Made by a program: the position numbers and the translations under genes. Below, one piece after another: positions 38,404 to 49,048 of a DNA stretch of 64,000 nt (positions are counted from its first letter, which is position 1; each line of letters opens with the position of its first letter). Source of the DNA: an uncultured Bacilli bacterium. Lineage in GTDB: Bacteria; Bacillota_I; Bacilli_A; RF39; UBA660. The notes under the pieces are model-generated. The model did no database searches and was not told the DNA's origin. It was given only the letters and a program-made list of their open reading frames with translations. The stretch lies in the NCBI GenBank assembly GCA_963931065.1, contig OZ006970.1, positions 293,498 through 357,497 on the forward strand, written 5' to 3'.

Positions 38404-39758
38404 TTATTAGCAGTTATTCTAACTTTTACTTTCTTAGTCTTAGGTGTATAGTTAAGTTTAACATCGTCTCCTCTAACTTTAACTTCTACTTCATGTTCTC
38501 CAACTCCAAGTCCTTCTAAATCTACATAAGCATATATAGTAGATGAATCTATACTATCAATAATAGATTTACTACCAGTAACAACTACAGTAACACGACT
38601 ATCTTCTTCTGATAAAGCCTGTACTCTATAAGAAGAATCTAAATTCTCTGTAGCAATAGAAACATTACTAATTTCTCTAGTTGTAGAATCATCAAGTGTT
38701 ACATTAACAGTAATAGTTTTTTCACTTATCTCAGTAACACCATTAGGACGTTTCAAAGTAACAGTATATTCTTTATCATCATCAAGACCTGTAACATCAA
38801 CTTCAACTTCTAAAGAATCTAACTTTTCTAAAGCCTCTTCACTACCATACACTGTAACACTATCTATATTACTACTAAGTGATCTAATCGCTTTACCAAA
38901 AGCAAGTTCTCCTTTAGGAACAATCTCAATAGGTAATTCTTTAGATGGACTAGAAACCGTTACTTTAGCAGTCACAGACTTAGGAACAATTTCTACATCT
39001 ACCATCTTACCATCAGCATCATATGCAACTAAAGGAACATCTTCAAGAGTAATATCTCCAGCTTCTTGTCTAGGGAAATTATCAACATCAACAAGTGCTC
39101 TAACAGTTGCAACCTCATCAAGCTTATAAGCTGCTCCTTTAACAATCACTTCACTTCTATCAAGCTCTACACTATCTATATTTAATTTAGTATCTAAATT
39201 ATCTTTATGTAATACATCATAAGTAAGTGTTTTAGTAGCACTAACTTTATCATAGATTGTAACAGTAACAGTAGATGGATCAAGTCTATAATCTATTGAT
39301 TTTAATTGTTGTGTATATTTAAGTGTTACTTTATGCTGACCAGGTTTTAAACCCGTCAAGTCAACAGTAACTCCTCCTGTAGGAGATTGTTTTGCCAAGA
39401 AAATATGTCTTTTCTGACCTACTAAAGTTATATCAACACTATCAGGCAATCCTTCAACAACATAAGCCTCTTCATTATATGTAGCCGTAACTTTTTGATC
39501 ATATAAAATTTCTGCATATTGATCAATCATAGTATTACCTTCACTATCAATAATAAAGAAAACTGCTAAAGCCAAGACTAAACTTATCACAATTAAGGTT
39601 TGCTTCTTTCCCATAAGTCGTTCTAAACCCTTACTATTACTTTTAGAAAAATCTATTATTTTAAGAATTAACTTAGTAATAGGAGTAATTAACCACTTAT
39701 CAAAGAATGACCCTATATGACGAAAAAATTTTCCTATACTTCTAATTATCTTCTTCAT
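38400..39758 (-). CDS. cdaR: CdaR/YbbR-like regulator of diadenylate cyclase.
   Basis: An N-terminal TM helix then repeated YbbR-like beta domains. It lies immediately downstream of cdaA and overlaps it. Confidence 0.7.
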   Translation of the reverse strand: MKKIIRSIGKFFRHIGSFFDKWLITPITKLILKIIDFSKSNSKGLERLMGKKQTLIVISLVLALAVFFIIDSEGNTMIDQYAEILYDQKVTATYNEEAYVVEGLPDSVDITLVGQKRHIFLAKQSPTGGVTVDLTGLKPGQHKVTLKYTQQLKSIDYRLDPSTVTVTIYDKVSATKTLTYDVLHKDNLDTKLNIDSVELDRSEVIVKGAAYKLDEVATVRALVDVDNFPRQEAGDITLEDVPLVAYDADGKMVDVEIVPKSVTAKVTVSSPSKELPIEIVPKGELAFGKAIRSLSSNIDSVTVYGSEEALEKLDSLEVEVDVTGLDDDKEYTVTLKRPNGVTEISEKTITVNVTLDDSTTREISNVSIATENLDSSYRVQALSEEDSRVTVVVTGSKSIIDSIDSSTIYAYVDLEGLGVGEHEVEVKVRGDDVKLNYTPKTKKVKVRITANN

Positions 39759-40575
39759 ATATCTCTTCCTCTTCTATTTCTTCTTCATCGTACTCATTAC
39801 TAGTCTTAGGCTTCAATTCATTTATTAACATCATTCTAACATCATCTATTGATAAGTTATAAAAAAGTTCCCCTTTAATAGCAACTGAAAGTCTACCAGT
39901 TTCTTCTGAAACTACTAACGCAATTGCATCAGTCTCTTCAGCAATACCAAGCGCAGCTCTATGTCTTGTTCCAAGTCTTTTATTGATTTTAGTACTACTA
40001 CTAGTAGGGAATACTGCTCCTGCACAAGTTATACGATCTCCTTGAATAATAACTCCTCCATCATGTAAAGGATTACCCTCATAGAATATTGCTATTAACA
40101 AATCACTTGATAAATCTGCATAGAGTTTCTTAGCTTTATCTATATAATTTCCTAAACTAATATCTCTTTCTAAAACAATCAAAGCTCCAATTTTATTTTT
40201 TCTTAAATAATCCATCGCTTGTGTCAATTGATAAACTAAATGTTCTCTTTCGTCGACAGTAAGCACTTTATGTCGACCTAATAATTGATTTCTACCTAAC
40301 TGCTCTAAAATATTTCTAATTTCAGGCTGAAAAATAACAATTAAAGCAAGAGGTCCATACATAATAACATACTCTAAAAGCAAACCAACAGTTGTAAAAC
40401 CACATAAATCACTAATTATTTTTAAAATGATAATAATGATAACTCCCTTAAATAAAAGAGTAAGCTTAACACTATTTCTAATATTTTTTAAAATGATATA
40501 AAACATTAACCAAACAATCGATATATCGACAATTTTCCTTATAATTGTCAAAACACTTGTAACAGTAATAACCAT
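39742..40575 (-). CDS. cdaA: Diadenylate cyclase, the membrane-bound c-di-AMP synthase.
   Basis: Three N-terminal TM helices, then the DAC domain (LHDGGVIIQGDRITCAGAVFP, GTRHRAALGIAEETDA). Confidence 0.85.
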   Translation of the reverse strand: MVITVTSVLTIIRKIVDISIVWLMFYIILKNIRNSVKLTLLFKGVIIIIILKIISDLCGFTTVGLLLEYVIMYGPLALIVIFQPEIRNILEQLGRNQLLGRHKVLTVDEREHLVYQLTQAMDYLRKNKIGALIVLERDISLGNYIDKAKKLYADLSSDLLIAIFYEGNPLHDGGVIIQGDRITCAGAVFPTSSSTKINKRLGTRHRAALGIAEETDAIALVVSEETGRLSVAIKGELFYNLSIDDVRMMLINELKPKTSNEYDEEEIEEEEIYEEDN

Positions 40576-40596
40576 AAAATCTCTCCTAACTGTCTA

Positions 40597-41202
40597 TTAA
40601 ATTGTATTATCATTTCCATCTTGATTAATAGTTGGTATAACTACTTGATTAACTTCACTAGATGGAGTAGTTACATTATTAGTAGCCTGTTCTACCTGCG
40701 GATTGACTACAGTAGGTGTAACTACATTACTAGGTTGTGACACCTCTACTTGTGTTATAACATTTTTTACCTGCGAATCATCTACTGAAGTAGTACTATT
40801 ATCAACAGTATTTAAAGAAACAGCACTTGTAACTTCAGTAATTGTTGGTTCTGCAACAACATTAGTATCATCAACACCACTATCAGAATCAGTATTATTA
40901 ACAATACTAGTTGGAACCTCTTCAGAAACTATAGCATCACTAACAGGCTCATTAATAGGTGTTGTAACAGAAGTACTAGTAACTTGTGTATCATTAACTA
41001 CATTATCTTGAATAACTGCTGTATTATTAGTATCATCAACAGTAGCATATTTTTCCTTCTCATTTTTATTCTTAATACCTTTCTCTGCTAAATATCCAAT
41101 ACAAGCAAAGATAAGAATAACTAAAACTACTACCCAAACGATATAAAAAGGGCCATCAAGTGTATCCCTAAAAAATTCAATAACAATATCCATAAGCACC
41201 AC
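40597..41202 (-). CDS. Hypothetical membrane protein with a long S/T/V/N-rich low-complexity ectodomain.
   Basis: 201 aa with an N-terminal TM helix and then a low-complexity region. Confidence 0.4.
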   Translation of the reverse strand: MVLMDIVIEFFRDTLDGPFYIVWVVVLVILIFACIGYLAEKGIKNKNEKEKYATVDDTNNTAVIQDNVVNDTQVTSTSVTTPINEPVSDAIVSEEVPTSIVNNTDSDSGVDDTNVVAEPTITEVTSAVSLNTVDNSTTSVDDSQVKNVITQVEVSQPSNVVTPTVVNPQVEQATNNVTTPSSEVNQVVIPTINQDGNDNTI

Positions 41203-41286
41203 CTTTTATTCTTACTTTATTATCATAACATGAGGACTTTTCTTTTTCAACAAAAGAACTAAAATTTATAAAATAAAAATAAATTA

Positions 41287-41700
41287 TTTATGCAATTTCA
41301 TGTATATAGTATCAACTTTTTCTCCATTAATAATTGCAATATTCTTATCTACTTTATAAGTCCTAAAACCTAACTTTTTATATAAATGAATTGCTCTATC
41401 ATTATTAGAATAGACACCCAAATAAATTTCCTCCAATTTCAGCACTATTTAAAGTTATGTTATCAAAATCAACATTTCCAATAAAATATCCACTTTTTTA
41501 TCAAACATTGATAATATAATCAAAGTATCAGTTTCCAAAGCTTCTTTTACACACATATACTAAGTATAAGGTTTAGGATTAGCAGTACTACATTTATGTA
41601 TATTAGGATTATTAAATAACTTTAAATATTCATCTATCAAATCATATGAAACATTTACATAATAAATATTATCTGATTCTAATATAACTTCTCTATTCAT
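41287..41700 (-). pseudogene. GNAT-family N-acetyltransferase pseudogene, frameshifted.
   Basis: An MNREVILESDNIYYV... start and the GNAT motif A/B (GVYSNNDRAIHLYKKLGF) are found in different frames. The gene is disrupted around a homopolymer run near 41480. Confidence 0.5.
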
Positions 41701-41758
41701 AAACACTCCAAAAATAACTTTTCAACCAATATAATTATACTACAAAATCAATTAAAAA

Positions 41759-42481
41759 TCACACAGTAATAACTAAATTAGATTTTAAATAATTAATAAT
41801 CGTATCTTTTAAATCAGTAATTTCCACATCTAGCCAATTATTTTTTCTATTACTCATTGTTTTTATATAGTTCTTATCTGATAATACATTATTAACAACC
41901 TTAATAAGTTTTTCCAAAGAATCAATGTCATTTATCCTATGACTAAAAACCTTTTTATTCAAAATCTTAACAACTTTACTACTATCAATATTACCATTTT
42001 TTATTAGCCAATATAAATCATAAAAATCTTTATACCGTGTAGATAGCAATCCAAATTTAATAACTGGAATAAGCTTTTCAACAAAAATTTGTTCTTTAGA
42101 ATTAACCATCAATAATATTCTTTGATTTTCTATACAAGAATCAAAATAGAACTCATCTTGAGCAATATCAAATTCAGTATTAACACCAACATCAATTTTT
42201 GCAGTAATTTCATTACCAAAATTATCTCTTATTATTAATGGAATACGTTTACCCTTATAATCCTGATGGTTTAAATTTACAATTTTCCCCTTATCAACAA
42301 TAATATCAATGCCATTCATTTTATAAGAAGTAAAAATATTATATAAATTATCATCTGATAAAAATATTCTTATTAAATCCAAATCAATATCAATAGTAGC
42401 ACGTCTAATATTATTTGATAGATTATACATTACTATGCCACCTTTAATTGTTATATTATTTTTATACTCCAATTTAAACAA
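41759..42481 (-). CDS. AbiEii/AbiGii-family nucleotidyltransferase, a type IV toxin of an abortive-infection TA pair. The frame stays open upstream without an ATG, so the true start may lie near 42616.
   Basis: An IDIDLDL nucleotidyltransferase-like motif and DUF1814-type architecture. Its in-frame upstream extension overlaps the abiEi stop. Confidence 0.55.
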   Translation of the reverse strand: MFKLEYKNNITIKGGIVMYNLSNNIRRATIDIDLDLIRIFLSDDNLYNIFTSYKMNGIDIIVDKGKIVNLNHQDYKGKRIPLIIRDNFGNEITAKIDVGVNTEFDIAQDEFYFDSCIENQRILLMVNSKEQIFVEKLIPVIKFGLLSTRYKDFYDLYWLIKNGNIDSSKVVKILNKKVFSHRINDIDSLEKLIKVVNNVLSDKNYIKTMSNRKNNWLDVEITDLKDTIINYLKSNLVITV

Positions 42482-42579
42482 ATAAGTTAAAATGATATCT
42501 TGAGCAACTTTTGCAGATGCATATATAGCATCATATCCTTCCTCTATATATTTATTAGTTAAATCTTTAATATTAATTA

Positions 42580-43140
42580 CTAAAGTACTTCCTCTTGTAT
42601 TATTTTCAAATATTTATCTTTACTTTTAAAATTACTAAGATACTCTTGTATTTTTAAAAGATTTAATTCGTCAACAATTAATCTATAATTATTAATAATT
42701 TCTTTATACATATCATAGGACATATTATTTTTATTTCTAACCAATTCTATCAACATCCTTTCTTTATCATATATTTTTATTCTAACATTATCATAATATA
42801 TATAAGTTATTCCGATATTAAAATATCTATCATCCATAAAAGTTTGAATAATTCTATCATCTTTTATTTTTCTAGCTTTCTTCTTAGTTGATAAATAATA
42901 TTTATTTGGAATATTATCAGTAAGTCCATAATAATAAAATGCACTATCAGAATTAAATACAGCATTATCATATTTCTTAGTTATAAATTCTAGTTCAGAA
43001 CATCTTGAATCAAAAGAGTAAAATCCACACTCTAATTTAAATAATCTCTTTTCGTTTAATGCCACTTTTATTTTTTTATCAGTATTAAACTTTTCATTTT
43101 TTAACAATTCACTATATCTATACAACATTCTACCCACCAA
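42580..43140 (-). CDS. AbiEi-family antitoxin/transcriptional regulator.
   Basis: 186 aa with an N-terminal wHTH-like region. It sits directly upstream of the AbiEii-like gene and is coupled to it. An inverted repeat (GTCGGA...TCCGAC) lies in its promoter region at about 43160-43192. Confidence 0.5.
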   Translation of the reverse strand: MVGRMLYRYSELLKNEKFNTDKKIKVALNEKRLFKLECGFYSFDSRCSELEFITKKYDNAVFNSDSAFYYYGLTDNIPNKYYLSTKKKARKIKDDRIIQTFMDDRYFNIGITYIYYDNVRIKIYDKERMLIELVRNKNNMSYDMYKEIINNYRLIVDELNLLKIQEYLSNFKSKDKYLKIIQEEVL

Positions 43141-43579
43141 CTAAATTATAAAGTAAACGTCGGACAAAGTCAACACTAAATCCGACATTTACTTACATAT
43201 ATATTTATTAGTCTTGATAAAAACAATTCATAAGTAACTGTATTTAGAAATTCACACTAAGACCACTTTCTAAGTTAACAATAATATCCTTTTATCAATA
43301 AGTAAACAATATTGTAACTTATTACAATACCTTCTTCATTATTAAAATATAAGCTATTATCCATTTTTTCAAGAATAAAGAAAATCTTTATACTAATCTT
43401 CTGTCATTAAATAAAACCTCGTTTCGAATAAATTACAACATCTTTTGTTTATTTTTATAGTACCTTTTTATTATAAGATTAAACTACTACAATATTTTTC
43501 TAATTCACTAATTAACACTTCTAAATCTCTTAGAATTTTTTTATTATTAAAAAGCCTTTTAATTTGACTAATTTCCATA

Positions 43580-43656
43580 TGGTGCCGACTAAAGGATTCG
43601 AACCTTTGACCTACTGATTACGAATCAGTTGCTCATACCATCTGAGCTAAGCCGGC
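43580..43656 (-). tRNA. tRNA-Thr (anticodon CGT) with an encoded CCA.
   Basis: A cloverleaf GCCGGCT/AGTCGGC acceptor stem, a GCTC...GAGC D-arm, an anticodon stem ACTGA/TCAGT with loop TTCGTAA, and an AAAGG-TTCGAAT-CCTTT T-arm. Confidence 0.85.
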
Positions 43657-43701
43657 ATAAAAACTTTACTAATATAGTATAGCAAAGTTTTAAAAAATAG
43701 T

Positions 43702-46032
43702 CTATTCCGTTCTAAGAGCAATAACAGGATCTTTCTTACTAGCCATACGAGATGGAACAAATCCACTTAAAACTGTCAAAGTTACACTAATTATCAAAAG
43801 AATAATGGCATGGACTGGATTAAGATTAGCAACAGAAGGTAAGTCTGTTAAACTCTCTATTATAGAGTTAATAGGGAAAGTAAAAAGGTAAGCTATAACA
43901 AGTCCTAAAACACCACTACATACTCCAATAATAAATGTTTCTGCATTAAATACCCGAGTAATATCTTTACCTCTTGCCCCAAGTGCCCTTAAAATACCAA
44001 TTTCTTTAGTTCTCTCAAGTACAGAAATATAGGTAATAATTGCAATCATAATACAAGAAACAACAAGAGAAATAGATGAAAATGCTATCAAGACATAAGT
44101 AACTGCATCCATAATACTACCAGATAAAGTACTAATTAAAGATGCATAATCAGTATATAATACTTGATTACTTTCATCTTTATCTTCATTATAGTTATCT
44201 AAATAATCAGTAATATAATCTTTAGTCTCAAAATCTTTTGGATAAATATAAATAATTGAAGGAGTTACTTCGGCCCCCAACACTCCTAAAATATTATCTT
44301 TAGTAATAGTAGAGTTTGTTGTATCAAAATCCCCTCCTGTTAAAACATTATAATCTACTTCTTTCTGTCTATTAACAATCTCACTATCTTTATTTTTATC
44401 AATAACTTCTGAGACTAAAGCAGAATTATAATAAATTCCAGACTGTGTTAAAGAGTTTTTATCTTCCTTACCCCTTATAATAGCAGAAACTTTAACTGTA
44501 ATAGCAGCACTACTATTATACATATCTAAATAATCTTTACTAGGAACAAAATAGCCATTAATCTCATCATAATAAATATCATTAGGAATTACTTTAAACT
44601 CTTTATTTAAAATATCATCAAAAGATATATTACTACTTGTATCAAATCCAAGTTGTTTTAAAGTACCACTATCAAGTTCATTAAAAGAATTAACAGCAAT
44701 CACAACAGAAGGAGTATCTATATCAATAGATCCTGCTAATATATCATAATTATCTTCTAACATACTCTTACCATTAATTTTATCAGCATAAAGATTCCAT
44801 CCCATAACACCAGTCATTGATGTAGTAGACATACTATAATTAGTACTAGTAGGAACTAATCCATAAGTACCATCATATTTTTTTGTAACAACATTTAAAG
44901 TAGTCCCATACTGATAACTAATAGCAGAAATATTTTCTTTATCCATCTTCTCAATATAATTTACATAATCACTATCAATACTATTAATATGTATCATAGT
45001 CTCCAAACTATTTTCCCTAGGATAAATAACTTTCATATTAGAATATTCCTTACGCTTATCTCTAGTTTCTATCATCTCTTGCATTACTTCTTCATTAATA
45101 TTCATAGCCTCTTTACTAATTGTAATAGGCATCTGTGATAAACTATCCGCTTCATACTCATCTATTTTCTTTTGAAATCCATTAGATAATGATAATATTA
45201 AAGCAATACCAATAATACCAATAGATGCTGCAAAAGATGTTAAGAAAGTTCTACCTTTCTTAGTTTTAATATTATTAAAAGAAAGTTTCAAAGCCGAACT
45301 ATATCTAAGTACAGTTTTCTTAATATTTAACTTTTCTTTAGAATTATCTTTATCTTTAACAGGTTTACTATCAGATAAAATCTCTCCATCTTTAAGTTCA
45401 ATAACCCGAGTTGCATAATCCTCTGCAAGTTCTCTATTATGTGTAACCATAATAACTAACTTATCTTTAGAAATTTCCTTAATAAGTTCCATTATTTGAA
45501 GACTAGTAACAGAATCAAGTGCCCCAGTAGGTTCATCAGCTAAAATTATCTCTGGATCATTAACTAAAGCTCTAGCAATAGCAACTCTTTGCATCTGCCC
45601 CCCAGATAATTGATTAGGCTTTTTATGAGCATGATCTTTAAGTCCTACTCTATCTAAAGCATCAAGAGCCTTTTTTCTTCTATCTTTCTTTTTATACCCA
45701 CTAAGTATTAAAGCCATCTCAACATTTTCTAAAACACTAATATGACTAATTAAGTTATATGATTGAAATATAAAACCAACACAATTATTACGGTAATAAT
45801 CCCATTCTACGCTTTTAAACTTCTTAGTACTTTTATTATTAATAATTAAATCTCCACTATCATATCTATCAAGACCACCTAAAATATTTAAAAGAGTAGT
45901 CTTTCCACTACCACTACTTCCTAAAATAGCGACAAACTCACACTTTCTAAACTTTAAACTAACGTCATTTAAAGCGTGTTGAACAAAATCTCCTGTCTTA
46001 TAACTTTTATTTATCTTCTTTAACTCAAGCAT
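43702..46032 (-). CDS. MacB-type ABC transporter, an ATPase fused to an FtsX-like permease.
   Basis: An N-terminal NBD (GSSGSGKTT, LSGGQMQRVAIARAL, ILADEPTGALD) and a C-terminal 4-TM FtsX domain with a large periplasmic loop. Confidence 0.85.
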   Translation of the reverse strand: MLELKKINKSYKTGDFVQHALNDVSLKFRKCEFVAILGSSGSGKTTLLNILGGLDRYDSGDLIINNKSTKKFKSVEWDYYRNNCVGFIFQSYNLISHISVLENVEMALILSGYKKKDRRKKALDALDRVGLKDHAHKKPNQLSGGQMQRVAIARALVNDPEIILADEPTGALDSVTSLQIMELIKEISKDKLVIMVTHNRELAEDYATRVIELKDGEILSDSKPVKDKDNSKEKLNIKKTVLRYSSALKLSFNNIKTKKGRTFLTSFAASIGIIGIALILSLSNGFQKKIDEYEADSLSQMPITISKEAMNINEEVMQEMIETRDKRKEYSNMKVIYPRENSLETMIHINSIDSDYVNYIEKMDKENISAISYQYGTTLNVVTKKYDGTYGLVPTSTNYSMSTTSMTGVMGWNLYADKINGKSMLEDNYDILAGSIDIDTPSVVIAVNSFNELDSGTLKQLGFDTSSNISFDDILNKEFKVIPNDIYYDEINGYFVPSKDYLDMYNSSAAITVKVSAIIRGKEDKNSLTQSGIYYNSALVSEVIDKNKDSEIVNRQKEVDYNVLTGGDFDTTNSTITKDNILGVLGAEVTPSIIYIYPKDFETKDYITDYLDNYNEDKDESNQVLYTDYASLISTLSGSIMDAVTYVLIAFSSISLVVSCIMIAIITYISVLERTKEIGILRALGARGKDITRVFNAETFIIGVCSGVLGLVIAYLFTFPINSIIESLTDLPSVANLNPVHAIILLIISVTLTVLSGFVPSRMASKKDPVIALRTE

Positions 46033-46216
46033 AAATTCCTCCTTAATCTTTCCATAACTATTATATACTATAAATTAATATTTTTATTTATTTTTTTCAA
46101 AGATAATGCTAAAATAAATACAAGGGAGGGATTAATATGTTAAAAGTAAAATCAAACAATATAATCTCTCTATGGCAATACTAAGCTTTGTATTGTCTTT
46201 TTTCATGGAGGAGTAT

Positions 46217-48718
46217 ATGAAAACAGTATTTGATTTTGAAAAAGAAATAATTAATGAATTAAAAGAAAAAGAATATTTAACTATTCATGACTTACAAAAA
46301 AGAATTGGAATACCTTCATACCAAGAACGAAGTAACTTTCTAGAAGCTCTATACAAATTAGAATTAAGAGAAGGTATTTATAATATAAGTAAAGGAACTT
46401 ATACTTTATTTCCAAGTGATTTATATAAAGTTGACTATATAGATGCTACTCCTAACGGACTATATCTAAAAAATTCTAAAGTAATAATAGATGAAAATCT
46501 TAATAAAGGAAAGACAATTTTAAAAGAAGACATAGTTATTGTAACTAATGAAAAAAATCCTAAAATAATTAAAACATTAGGAAGAAATATGTATTTTTTT
46601 AAAGATTATCTTCTAAAAGAATTAGAACATAAAAATTTAACCTATAAACAAATTAAACACCTTGCTATAGCAAGAACTAGTCAAAAGATAACTGAATTAA
46701 AAGAATTATTACATGACCTTGAAAGAACTGGAAAAATATATTATCAAGATAATACTTTTGAAAAATGGAAAGATACTCTAGCTTTAACTAAACTAAAAAC
46801 TGATAGTAATAATAAATTATATTTTGAATTAGATAATAAAAGATACTACAAAGAAGGAGAAGAACTAAACAAAGCTCTTGATGGAGATATTATCGCTGTA
46901 ACAAGAAAAGGTAAACATATTGTAAAAATAATTGAAAGAACAAAAGAAGAGTTAATATTAGAAGTTGTAGAAATTGATGGCGTAAAACAACTAGAACCCG
47001 TACTTTTACCAGGCAAAGGTAAAATAAAAGCTAGAATAAGTTCTAATGATATGAAACATCTTAATATCGGTGATAGAATAAAAGCTAGAATAAGTCTAGA
47101 AGAAACAGATGGCGTTTATGAAGCAGATTATATAAGTACAATAGGTAATATTAAAGATACTGATATTGACATAATATCCATCGCTATCAAACATGGATTT
47201 AATATAGAGTTTAGCGAAGAAGCACTAAAGGAGGCAAGAAATATACCTCAAACTATAAATATAGATGATTATAAAAATAGATATGATTTTACTAAAAGAT
47301 TTAAAACCTTTACTATTGATTGTGACAATACTAAAGATATAGATGATGCAGTTAGCATTACAAAAAATGAAAATGGTAATTACGTTTTAGCAGTACATAT
47401 CGCTCATGTATCTCATTATGTTAAAAGAGGTAGTGCTCTTAATAAAGAAGCTTATGAAAGAGCCCTATCAGCATATCCTGCTAATTCTGTTATTCCCATG
47501 CTTCCTAAAGAACTATCAAATGGAATCTGTTCCCTAAACCCTAATACAAAAAGACTAACAAGAACCTGTATTATGGAAATATCTCCAAGAGGAGAACTAT
47601 TAAACTATAACTTTGCTAATTCTATTATTGAATCTAAAAAGAAAATGTCATATAGCGAAGTTAATAAAGTCTTAGACGAAGGAATAGTTAATGATGAGTA
47701 TTTACCATTTTTAGAAGATTTAACTATCTTAAAAGACTTATCAGACATCCTAACTTTAAAAAGAAAAAGTGAAGGTATGTTAACATTTGTAGAACATGAA
47801 AACACATTTATTGAAGATGAAAATGGTAATGTTACAAGTATAGAAGAAAAAAATAATGGTACTGCTGGTAAAATAATTGAAAATGCCATGATTTTATATA
47901 ATTACTGTGAGTCATTATATTTAAACTATATAATAGGTACATCTATTAATAGAGTCCATGATTTACCAGATCAAGAAAAACTAATAGATGCTTTTGATAA
48001 AATTCATAATCTTGGTTACAATTTACCAAAAATAGGTTCAATGACTACAGCAGAATATATTCAAACAGTATTAAATACTTATCAAAATACAAATGATTAT
48101 CCTATCATTTCAGACATTATCTTAAAATCATTACCAAGAGCCCATTATACTACCAATCCAACAGGACACTTTGGTTTAGGTTTAGACTACTATACTCATT
48201 CTACTTCTCCTATTAGAAGATACCCAGACTTAAAAGCTCAACAGATAATGGATTCATATGAACAAGGAAAACTATATGAAATAGAAGATAATAATACTTT
48301 AGAAGCCATATGTGAACATTGCTCTATGAAAGAACAATCTTCAGAATCTTTAGAAAAAGAAGTAGAGCTAGTAAAGATGTTAAATTATGTAGAAAGACAC
48401 AAAGATAAAAGTTATTATGGCATTATCACAGATATTGATAGTGAAAGAGCATATTTAAAAACTATGACAAATATCCCTGGATATATTGAATATCTTGATT
48501 TAGACGATATAAGATTTATTAAATCTAAAAGATACTTAAAAGATGAAAATGATAATGTTATTTTAAGAATAGGTAATCTAGTTAAAGTAGTAACTAAAGA
48601 TACTAATCATAAAGAATTATTAGTAAACTTTGATGTTATTAAAAATATTACTCTAGAACAACAAAATAAAAAAGGTGCTAATGCTCTTAGAAAAAGTTAT
48701 GTAAAAAGACTATATTAA
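46217..48718 (+). CDS. RNB-domain 3'-5' exoribonuclease (RNase II/R family) with an extended N-terminal region.
   Basis: RNB motifs (HVSHYVKRGSALNKEAYERALSAYP, HFGLGLDYYTHSTSPIRRYPD). The start is at MKTVFD, which follows a GGAGG RBS. Confidence 0.8.
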   Translation: MKTVFDFEKEIINELKEKEYLTIHDLQKRIGIPSYQERSNFLEALYKLELREGIYNISKGTYTLFPSDLYKVDYIDATPNGLYLKNSKVIIDENLNKGKTILKEDIVIVTNEKNPKIIKTLGRNMYFFKDYLLKELEHKNLTYKQIKHLAIARTSQKITELKELLHDLERTGKIYYQDNTFEKWKDTLALTKLKTDSNNKLYFELDNKRYYKEGEELNKALDGDIIAVTRKGKHIVKIIERTKEELILEVVEIDGVKQLEPVLLPGKGKIKARISSNDMKHLNIGDRIKARISLEETDGVYEADYISTIGNIKDTDIDIISIAIKHGFNIEFSEEALKEARNIPQTINIDDYKNRYDFTKRFKTFTIDCDNTKDIDDAVSITKNENGNYVLAVHIAHVSHYVKRGSALNKEAYERALSAYPANSVIPMLPKELSNGICSLNPNTKRLTRTCIMEISPRGELLNYNFANSIIESKKKMSYSEVNKVLDEGIVNDEYLPFLEDLTILKDLSDILTLKRKSEGMLTFVEHENTFIEDENGNVTSIEEKNNGTAGKIIENAMILYNYCESLYLNYIIGTSINRVHDLPDQEKLIDAFDKIHNLGYNLPKIGSMTTAEYIQTVLNTYQNTNDYPIISDIILKSLPRAHYTTNPTGHFGLGLDYYTHSTSPIRRYPDLKAQQIMDSYEQGKLYEIEDNNTLEAICEHCSMKEQSSESLEKEVELVKMLNYVERHKDKSYYGIITDIDSERAYLKTMTNIPGYIEYLDLDDIRFIKSKRYLKDENDNVILRIGNLVKVVTKDTNHKELLVNFDVIKNITLEQQNKKGANALRKSYVKRLY

Positions 48719-48740
48719 AACAGTGATGGTTTCACTGTTT

Positions 48741-49034
48741 TTATTTAATATTTTTTAATCTATGTTTAATATCTAAAATTAAATCCATAGGAGCATTATC
48801 CATTTTATTTAAAACAAGTAAAGCATCTTGTAACTTAGTCTTAACAGGAACTGTATCTTTAATTTTTTGAACTTCAATAGAAAAATCAAAATTAGAACTT
48901 GGATTTTGTCTAACAAACTCTCTAATATAATTTTCTATATCTTTTAAAACATATTCTTTTAAATTATAAGTATCCATTTCCATAACTCCAAAATACCCAC
49001 TTATCATATATCTATAAGTATCATCTATCTCCAT
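48741..49034 (-). CDS. Hypothetical protein.
   Basis: 97-aa ORF preceded by an RBS-like sequence. I recognise no family. Confidence 0.35.
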   Translation of the reverse strand: MEIDDTYRYMISGYFGVMEMDTYNLKEYVLKDIENYIREFVRQNPSSNFDFSIEVQKIKDTVPVKTKLQDALLVLNKMDNAPMDLILDIKHRLKNIK

Positions 49035-49048
49035 TAAGTATCACTCTC

